Source: Octopus vulgaris (lineage: Eukaryota). Taken from it: a stretch of 64,000 bases of DNA. The notes beneath the pieces were generated by a model. It was not told where the DNA came from, searched no databases, and worked only from the letters and a program-made list of their open reading frames with translations. Numbering within the stretch: position 1 is the first letter of the stretch; the number at the start of each line of letters is the position of its first letter. The position numbers and the translations under genes are program-made. Of the stretch, positions 54,601 through 64,000 are shown piece by piece. The stretch is from assembly GCA_951406725.2 (NCBI GenBank), contig OX597817.1:7750001-7814000 (forward strand), given 5' to 3'.

Positions 54601-56671
54601 TTCAAATCCCCTCTCTGGAATGTTTGATTTTCCTTCCTTCCCTTCCTCCCCTTCACCTTCAAATCCCCCTCTCTGGAATGTTTAATATTCCTTCCTCCCC
54701 TTCCTCCCCTACACCTTCAAATCCCCCTCTCTGGAATGTTTAATATTCCTTCCTTCCCTTCCTCTCCTTCACCTTCAAATCCCCCTCTCTGGAATGTTTA
54801 ATATTCCTTCCTTCCCTTCACCTTCAAATCCCCCCTCTCTGGAATGTTTGATATTCCTTCCTTCCCTTCCTCCCCTTCACCTTCAAATCCCCCCTCTCTG
54901 GAATGTTTAATATTCCTTCCTTCCCTTCCTCCCCTTCACCTTCAAATCCCCCTCTCTGGAATGTTTAATATTCCTTCCTTCCCTTCCTCCCCTTCACCTT
55001 CAAATCCCCCTCTCTGGAATGTTTGATATTCCTTCCTTCCCTTCCTCCCCTTCACCTTCAAATCCCCCTCTCTGGAATGTTTGATATTCCTTCCTCCCCT
55101 TCCTCCCCTTCACCTTCAAATCCCCCTCTCTGGAATGTTTTATATTCCTTCCTCCTCTTCCTACCCTTCACCTTCAAATCCCCCTCTCTGGAATGTTTAA
55201 TATTCCTTCCTCCCCTTCCTCCCCTTCACCTTCAAATCCCCCTCTCTGGAATGTTTAATATTCCTTCCATCCCTTCCTCCCTTCACCTTCAAATCCCCCT
55301 CTCTGGAATGTTTAATATTCCTTCCTTCCCTTCCTCCCCTTCACCTTCAAATCCCCCTCTCTGGAATGTTTAATTATTCCTTCCTTCCCTTCCTCCCCTT
55401 CACCTTCAAATCCCCCTCTCTGGAATGTTTAATATTCCTTCCTTCCCTTCCTCCCCTTCACCTTCAAATCCCCCTCTCTGGAATGTTTGATATTCCTTCC
55501 TTCCCTTCCTCCCCTTCACCTTCAAATCCCCCTCTCTGGAATGTTTAATATTCCTTCCTCCCTTCCTCCCCTTCACCTTCAAATCCCCCTCTCTGGAATG
55601 TTTGATTTTCCTTCCTCCCCTTCACCTTCAAATCCCCCTCTCTGGAATGTTTAATATTCCTTCCTCCCTTCCTCCCCTTCACCTTCAAATCCCCCTCTCT
55701 GGAATGTTTAATATACCTTCCTTCCCTTCCTCCCCTACACCTTCAAATCCCCCTCTCTGGAATGTTTAATATTCCTTCCTTCCCTTCCTCCCCTTCACCT
55801 TCAAATCCCCCTCTCTGGAATGTTTAATATTCCTTCCTCCCCTTCCTCCCCTTCACCTTCAAATCCCCCTCTCTGGAATGTTTAATATTCCTTCCTCCCT
55901 TCCTCCCCTTCACCTTCAAATCCCCCTCTCTGGAATGTTTAATATTCCTTCCTCCCCTTCCTCCCCTTCACCTTCAAATCCCCTCTCTGGAATGTTTAAT
56001 ATTCCTTCCTCCCCTTCCTCCCCTTCACCTTCAAATCCCCCTCTCTGGAATGTTTAATATTCCTTCCTTCCCTTCCTCCCCTTCACCTTCAAATCCCCCT
56101 CTCTGGAATGTTTAGTATTCCTTCCTCCCTTCCTCCCCTTCACCTTCAAATCCCCCTCTCTGGAATGTTTAATATTCCTTCCTTCCCTTCCTCCCCTTCA
56201 CCTTCAAATCCCCCTCTCTGGAATGTTTGATATTCCTTCCTTCCCTTCCTCCCCTTCACCTTCAAATCCCCCTCTCTGGAATGTTTGATATTCCTTCCTT
56301 CCCTTCCTCCCCTTCACCTTCAAATCCCCCTCTCTGGAATGTTTGATATTCCTTCCTTCCCTTCCTCCCCTTCACCTTCAAATCCCCCTCTGGAATGTTT
56401 GATATTCCTTCCTTCCCTTCCTCCCCTTCACCTTCAAATCCCCCTCTCTGGAATGTTTAATATTCCTTCCTTCCCTTCCTCCCCTTCACCTTCAAATCCC
56501 CCTCTCTGGAATGTTTAATATTCCTTCCTTCCCTTCCTCCCCTTCACCTTCAAATCTCATCTCTCTGGAATGTTTAATATTCCTTCCTTCCCTTCCTCCC
56601 CTTCACCTTCAAATCCCTCTCTCTGGAATGTTTAATATTCCTTCCTCCCCTTCCTCCCCTTCACCTTCAAA
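30681..56671. repeat. 26-kb satellite array, 58-bp monomer AAATCCCCCTCTCTGGAATGTTTAATATTCCTTCCTTCCCTTCCTCCCCTTCACCTTC with 46-48 bp deletion variants
   Basis: Uninterrupted head-to-tail tandem array in one orientation. Roughly 450-470 monomers, estimated from length rather than counted. Confidence 0.99.
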
Positions 56672-56890
56672 GTGTACTGTTCCCTGTTGGTAAACTCAAC
56701 AAAAAAATACTCCATCAGGTGAGAGATAAATATTTAATAAACACAAGATATGTTTTTATGTGCTACTATTAGTTTCCTGTGCTCAGAATAGGCAAAACAT
56801 TGGTTTTTAACATGTCCGGTGTCCCAACACAATCATCAGACACTGCTTACATGGTATAACGAACTAAAATTATGTATACATACACATGTA

Positions 56891-57395
56891 TTAGGTCATC
56901 CCATAAATAATGTAATTTTTTTTCAAATTTTGTTTTGAGGAACTAGCAGAAAAGCTTGGATTTGGTCATTCAATCATTCATCGCGACCTGAATGCCATTG
57001 GGAAATGACCATCTTTCATTTCAAGACGAAAGGTGTTCTTTCATAAGGATAATGCTCGGTCACATAAAGTGAGGATAACAGTCCAAGTCTGGAGCAGTTT
57101 GAATGGTAAACGATGTCCCACCCACCATATTCGCCATCTGATTATTATTTATTCTGCAGTCTTTTGAATGGAAAATAATATGAATTCTGTTGATGAGGTC
57201 AGAACACTACTGGAGGAGTATTTTTCGTCCGAGCAAGTGAATTTTTGAAGAGGGGTTTTGCAAGTCTACCAGATAGATAGAAGAGCATTGTAAAAAATGG
57301 AGAGCATATTTTAAATTTATAAGAAGCATTATTTATGGGAGACTCTATATATGTTATGGGAGACTCAATATATGCTTATTTATGGAAGACTCAAT
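56891..57395 (+). mobile_element. Internally deleted mariner element
   Basis: TA|TTAGGTCATCCCATAAATAATG 5' TIR; ..FHKDNARSH..HPPYSP.SDYYLF; 3' TIR-like CATTATTTATGGGAGAC, whose core occurs three times at 57327-57395. Confidence 0.82.
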
Positions 57396-57799
57396 ATCAA
57401 TTTACGCGTGTGCGTGTGTATACACAGGCACGCGTGGGTGGTGATTAAGTTTCTTTTGCTTCCTAAAACTAATCCTATTAGCTATTTACAATTTTAGGGA
57501 CCAAAGTGATCTAATAACAAAACGTTGCCATCTAAAAGAACAAATGTATGTTTAACCTGTGACTACTTAATGCCAAACGCCGTGCTGATCCAGCAGTGGA
57601 TTTAACTGAGAGGAGACATTTATGTAATAGCTGAAGCAAAAATTGTGCAATGATCAAGCTAGGTGGACGAGTCATTTTCTCTGCATTTTAACAAGTAAAG
57701 TCCATACTCATTACCGAGCGAGTCGACTTCATAAACGCGTGTGCGCATGCGCACAAGTACACACACACACACGCGCGCGCGCGCACACACACACACACG

Positions 57800-57842
<43 letters not shown>

Positions 57843-57891
57843 GCATATAAAATTATGTGTATGTATATATACATATATACATACATATGTA

Positions 57892-58275
57892 TCTCTCTAT
57901 ATATAAACGGCAGTTTGTCTGTGCGTGTTTCTGTGTGTCTGTTTGCTTGTACCCTCACCCTGACCACGGCTTTCAACCGATTCTGATGAAACTTGACACA
58001 CACATAGCCCAATGTCATAATTCAAAACTAACGCAGCGAAAATTTTGAAAAGTTCCCCCAGTTTTGAAAAAAATCGATAAATTCGACATGGGGTCGACAA
58101 TCAGAAACACGAACCACAAACTGTCTAGAGGACGCAACTCCACCTTTTTTAAATCTCAAAAAAAATTTACCATCATTTTTTCCCATTTTTTTTCTATTTT
58201 TTGGCTATAACTCTCTAAAAATGCTTTATAGTTATTTCCCTTACAAACCTGAGCAACGCCGGGCGATACTGCTAG
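57892..58275 (+). mobile_element. Non-autonomous Helitron (family A 3' end, different 5' half)
   Basis: A|TCTCTCTATATATAAA start; ends CCTGAGCAACGCCGGGCGATACTG-CTAG|T. Confidence 0.85.
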
Positions 58276-58447
58276 TAGCTATATAAAAGCATAGATATGC
58301 GTGTATGGGTATGTATGTTTGTGCATGTGTGTGTGATTGGATGTGTGTATGTATTTATGTAGATATATTTTCACTTAATCCAGCCTTTAATGGTCAAATT
58401 AAGCAGCAAATAATGCTTATGCTTTTGCTTTATTTATTATTATTTTA

Positions 58448-58497
<50 letters not shown>

Positions 58498-59099
58498 TCA
58501 TTATTATTATTATCTTTTTTTTGCTTTCTTTCATGAGTGTATACATATATGCCAACACACATGTATTCATATTATTCCCCACGTTTACGTTTACTCACAA
58601 AGAGAGAAGGATGGACGGAGAAACATACATAGGTGTGCGTGTGTGTGTGTGTGTGTGTTTCATTAAATTTACTTCTGTTTTCACTGTTGATAGGACAAAT
58701 GGCCGGTCGGCCATTTCTAAATTCCTGACTTTCAACGATAATACGGTATAATAAAAAATCTAAAGAAAACTTGACGTTACATGACTTTTATTAATTTAAT
58801 AATATACCTTTATTTGTTTTTCTATAGTTTTTACTTCTTTTTGTATTTTTATCATTTATTTTCTGGCTGCTTTTTTTGTTTGTTTTTTTTTTGTTTTTTT
58901 GTTGTTGTTGTTGTTGTTTTTTCCTTTTTACTTGCTAAAACTTTTTTATATATCATCGCGGTGGTAGAGTGGAGTGAAGGACTAAAGAAGAAACGAAACT
59001 TCTCCACTTAAATCGGCAACAAGGTTTTTTTATGGTTCTTGAGATAACTGTATTAATTCACACCTCTTCTTTACTTCTTTCTTTCTTATTTTGCATGCT

Positions 59100-60030
<931 letters not shown>

Positions 60031-60314
60031 TTATAGTATTACCAAATCATACAAATATTACACATTTCTATGCAAATATGTGATTGTATATCTGTATATG
60101 TTTGTGAATCTGTGTGTATAAGTAGACAGACAGACAGACAGTTATTGTTGGGTATACAGACAAAATAACAAGAAATGTGTTGGAAGTGGTTTTCTGCTAA
60201 AAGCATGCATCGGAATATGGCAAAAAGTGTTAAGTAGATGTGCCAAACTGACTCCCTTTTCCCAAATAAATTATAGGGAAGCTATGCAACTACTACAGCT
60301 TCTACTACTACTAT

Positions 60315-60362
<48 letters not shown>

Positions 60363-60810
60363 AATTACTACTACTACTACTACTACTACTAATGTTGCCG
60401 TTTCTTCTGACGCTGTTTAAGTGATTACCATTAAGCCACTCTGATAATTTCTAGACTTGTCTTCCTTCCTTTTCCTTTGATTCTATGAAAATAGGATATA
60501 GTAGCTGGGCTGTTCGGTCCGTGATCATAAAGACGAAACTTCAATTGCTGGGCTGGACAGTGCATTGTGTTGTTGAACGAGTCACTTCATTACACGTTGC
60601 TCTAGTTTGCTCAGCTGTGATAAATCCCAGCCGAGGGAGGAGTGCAGCCCGCTTTTCCTCCAAGTGTTGAATGCTGAAAGTTCCTCTAGGTCATGGATGG
60701 ATCTTACATATAGGCTCATGGCTACACAAACAACTAAAACAAAATACGCTCTCACAAGTACTATAATGTACTTGTACTTTCCATATCTTTTCATGCATTT
60801 GTAGTTTTAT

Positions 60811-60900
<90 letters not shown>

Positions 60901-61094
60901 CACACCCGTGTTTGAAAGTGTTAATCGAAAGCGCTCACACACTAGGGAAAAACTGTTTCCAAAAAAAATTAGTAACTGAAAAAAGATTTTATAAGTTGTT
61001 TCTTTTAATAACTTTTTTAAAACCGAATACTTTATACTTAAAAACGGTATCAAGTAACTTTTCACAAAAACTTTCAAATGTAAATATTCTTTTA

Positions 61095-61303
61095 TTATTT
61101 TACTTGCTTCAGTCATTTGACTGCGGCCACGCTGCTACACTGCCATTAATCGAACAAATCGAGCCCAGAACATATTCTAGTGCTTATTCTTTCGTCCCTT
61201 TTTGCCGATCCGCTATGTTACGGTGACGTAAACACACCTACGTCGGTTGTCAAGCGACGGTGGAGGAACAAACACACACAAATGCATATATATATATATA
61301 TAT

Positions 61304-61352
<49 letters not shown>

Positions 61353-62301
61353 ACGACGGTATTCTTTCAGTTTCTTTCTACCAAATTTACTCACAACGCT
61401 CTAGTCGGATCTTTTCAATTGTGTGGCCAGGAGCCCAGATCTTTCTACTTAACTAAATAATTTGAAACTTCGTATGCTGGTACAGTGTTTCAAAACAAGA
61501 CACAGGTTGGAACTAGTTTATTTGAGAAAAATCTATTTTATGACTTTAATCGTAGATTAAAACTGCGAATTTTAACCAATGAGATTGCTTGTTTTCATAT
61601 TTAATACGTTACTGCATTCTGTTAGTGTGACGTAGAAAGCAGTTTTCTGGCGTAGGCAACTGTGCACATTTGAGGCTAACATACATAGATACATACACAC
61701 ACACACACATACATACAGATACACATACACCGAGTATTCACTCGAAAAAACTAAACACTGAATCGGCCATACATACATACATACAAACACACACACACAT
61801 ACATACACACACATACACACACACACACACATACATAGATACATACACACATACATTCATACATACATACATTCATACATATACACATACACCGAGTAAA
61901 AAATGTCATCGTTATTGTTTTTTTTACATTTGTTTACATACCATATGTTTACTACGTCACCAAATTGGTGGTCGAGACGGAGTAAATAATATGAAGCCGA
62001 AAGACGGAATACCATTGGTTAAAATTCTAATTATTAAACAATGTTAAACTTAGAAGTTACAATTCCGTTTTCATTCTGGTTTACAATTAAGTTTACTTTT
62101 GACACATTCTACCAGTATACGAAGTTTCAAATTGTTTGGTTCAGTAGGAAAAATTTGAAAAAACTGGCTTCACAAATGGAAAGATCCCTCTAGTCGACCC
62201 GTGGCTATAGTAGAATCCACTTGCCCAAGGTGCCACACAGTGGGACTGAACCCGGAACAATATGGTTGGAAAGCAAGCTTCTTACCAAACAGCCACTCAT
62301 G
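61095..62301 (-). mobile_element. CORE-type SINE split into 61095-61406 and 62188-62301 by a DNA transposon
   Basis: Tail and middle lie left of the insertion and the head (CACTTGCCCAAGGTGCCACACAGTGGGACTGAACCCGG) lies right of it. The sequence is contiguous once the insertion and one TSD copy are removed. Confidence 0.85.
61407..62187. mobile_element. MITE with long imperfect TIRs and an 8-bp TSD (Merlin-like)
   Basis: Termini GGATCTTTTCAATTGTG / CACAAATGGAAAGATCC, TSD CTCTAGTC at 61399-61406 and 62188-62195, and inverted similarity extending ~230 bp inward. Confidence 0.85.
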
Positions 62302-62767
62302 TATCTGTGTGTGTGTGTACTGGAGGGTCCATTTTTTTTTTACATTCTGATTAAAGACTGACCCATTTTCATTCTTGCCTCTCCTCCTCACAGCTCGATA
62401 AAATAGGCACTGGGCAAAATAGTGGGGTCCCTATTACCGATAAAATTTAACATAACTTTTTGAAGTGTTGTCCAGTATGGTCGCAGTCCAATTGCTAAAA
62501 CTAACAGACAATTCTTACTCGTGCGAACACGGACACACATATACAAACACACACATAGGTAGATAGATACGGAGAGAAAGAAAATGAAGTAACTGTAAGG
62601 AAGGATAAACAAAGATAAACATAAATGGCAAAAGCAGAACTCGTATAAAACGAGTTGTTAAATTTATTATCCCATTTCAAAATACAATAATATCGATATA
62701 TCGACAAGCTTATGTAGAAACTAGTATTCTGCTTCGTTTCTATTTTTGCTTTTATTTCCTTTTTCTC

Positions 62768-62807
<40 letters not shown>

Positions 62808-63212
62808 TTTTTCTGGTTGCTTTTGACTGGGTTGTAATAACGGGTAACGGAAAGTTTTACGCCCTACCATTCAATAATTGAGTGCTGTGAAGAAAGAGGC
62901 ACACAACCTCACACGCACGCATGTACGCAAACATACGCACACATACACACATATAACTACAGATAGACAGACATATGTGCACACTTACATACACGAGCGT
63001 GCTCATAACTGATTACTATCGCTCAGGAGATGCACACATGCATCTAGACATGCAAAGGAAAAATACTACACTATGTGCAGCGTTGGTGAAATTCTGTGTA
63101 ATTCTGTAATTCAGCTGCAAGTATTTTGGACCGTTGTAAATGAAGTATGACGTTACAGCGATGTAGGTTCGATATTGGAGAAATGCAAGTCTTCTGGAAT
63201 AAAATATAATAA

Positions 63213-63607
63213 TCTTTATATATAAAAGTGGAGTTGTGTGAGTGTCTGTCGCCTACGATTTAGATTCCTAACTACTCCCACATTTTGCGGTGCAGTTTAA
63301 CCAAAACCGGGTATCTTATAGTCGTGATTCATATCGAGCCCTTCTGGATATTAGCGCGCGTCTACGATGAGTCTACGATTTTAAAAAAAATTACCATCAA
63401 TTTTTCCCATTTTTAATGCATTTTTGGCATATATAAGGGAAGTAACTCTCTAAAAATTTATTATTAAATCTCAGAACGTAAAAAGCTACAGTAACACCCC
63501 CCCTTGTGGTTAGCCATATTGAGATGGCTATTATACTTTACATCTCTAAAAATGCTTATATAGTTATTTCCCTTACAATCCCGAGCAACGCCGGGCGATA
63601 CTGCTAG
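63213..63607 (+). mobile_element. Complete non-autonomous Helitron (family A, copy 3)
   Basis: A|TCTTTATATATAAAA start, CCCGAGCAACGCCGGG hairpin, CTAG|T end, no TSD. Confidence 0.88.
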
Positions 63608-63779
63608 TGTATAATAAAATATATTTACAGGTAGATGCCAAATCATCAGAAGCTGAATACATCACTTCGCCAAAATATTATATGCAGTAACTCTTAGCAG
63701 CTACCTATCATTATTTTATTATATTTTGTTACATTTGCGCTACTCTGAAATCATAGCTGCATATAATGGTGCTACACTA

Positions 63780-64000
63780 CATCATTCATCATCATTGTTC
63801 GACCGTGGTCGAGACAATGGAATTTACCATGCTACGCCAGACTTCACGGTCCATCATGGCATTACGGAGGTCCTGTTGCTGGATGCCTGTATCCCTGGAG
63901 ATTACATCAGGGTAGGAGAGTGTGCGCCCTCTGGTATTGCGAGTAGATGGCTTCCAGAGGAGAAGAGTAGAAATTACCTCTTTTTCAGCTCTACAACAAT
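63780..64000 (-). mobile_element. RTE-clade LINE 3' end with (TGA)n tail, continuing beyond the window
   Basis: Minus reads CCRAEKEVISTLLLWKPSTRNTRGRTLSYPDVISRDTGIQQQDLRNAMMDREVWRSMVNSIVSTTVEQ*, with the stop at 63792-63794. Confidence 0.85.

Noticed and set aside
30681-56671. CRISPR-like appearance (conserved dyad plus variable part)
   Set aside because: The variable parts are near-identical slippage variants rather than unique spacers, there are no cas genes, and the context is eukaryotic.
30923-56693. Dozens of Pro/Ser/Leu-rich ORFs in the satellite
   Set aside because: The 58-bp unit is not a multiple of 3 and carries a TAA stop, so the ORFs are frame-walks through the repeat.
60227-60424. 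Poly-Leu ORF
   Set aside because: Translation of a (CTA)n microsatellite.

Overview
AT-rich, microsatellite-saturated eukaryotic non-coding DNA. The SINE families (a Ceph-domain tRNA-Arg SINE, CORE-type and Nin-type SINEs) point to an octopus or other cephalopod genome; this is recognition from memory, not a database result. No host protein-coding gene could be supported, and most ORFs in the track are translated microsatellite or satellite. The first 30.6 kb and the last 7.3 kb are a mosaic of decayed mobile elements: Penelope-like retroelements, CR1-group, R4/Dong-like and RTE LINEs, many SINEs, mariner/Tc1 relics, non-autonomous Helitrons, a solo LTR and a Merlin-like MITE. Positions 30681-56671 are a 26-kb array of a 58-bp polypyrimidine satellite with layered higher-order repeats, in-phase ends, and a TGGAATGT (TEAD-consensus) motif within a dyad in almost every monomer. 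The most notable signals are four hammerhead-ribozyme motifs (two with intact cores, arranged convergently ~300 bp apart), a tRNA-like head upstream of one of them, foldbacks in both Penelope relics, and the satellite architecture. I cannot establish a new biological system from sequence alone; these are candidates for testing.
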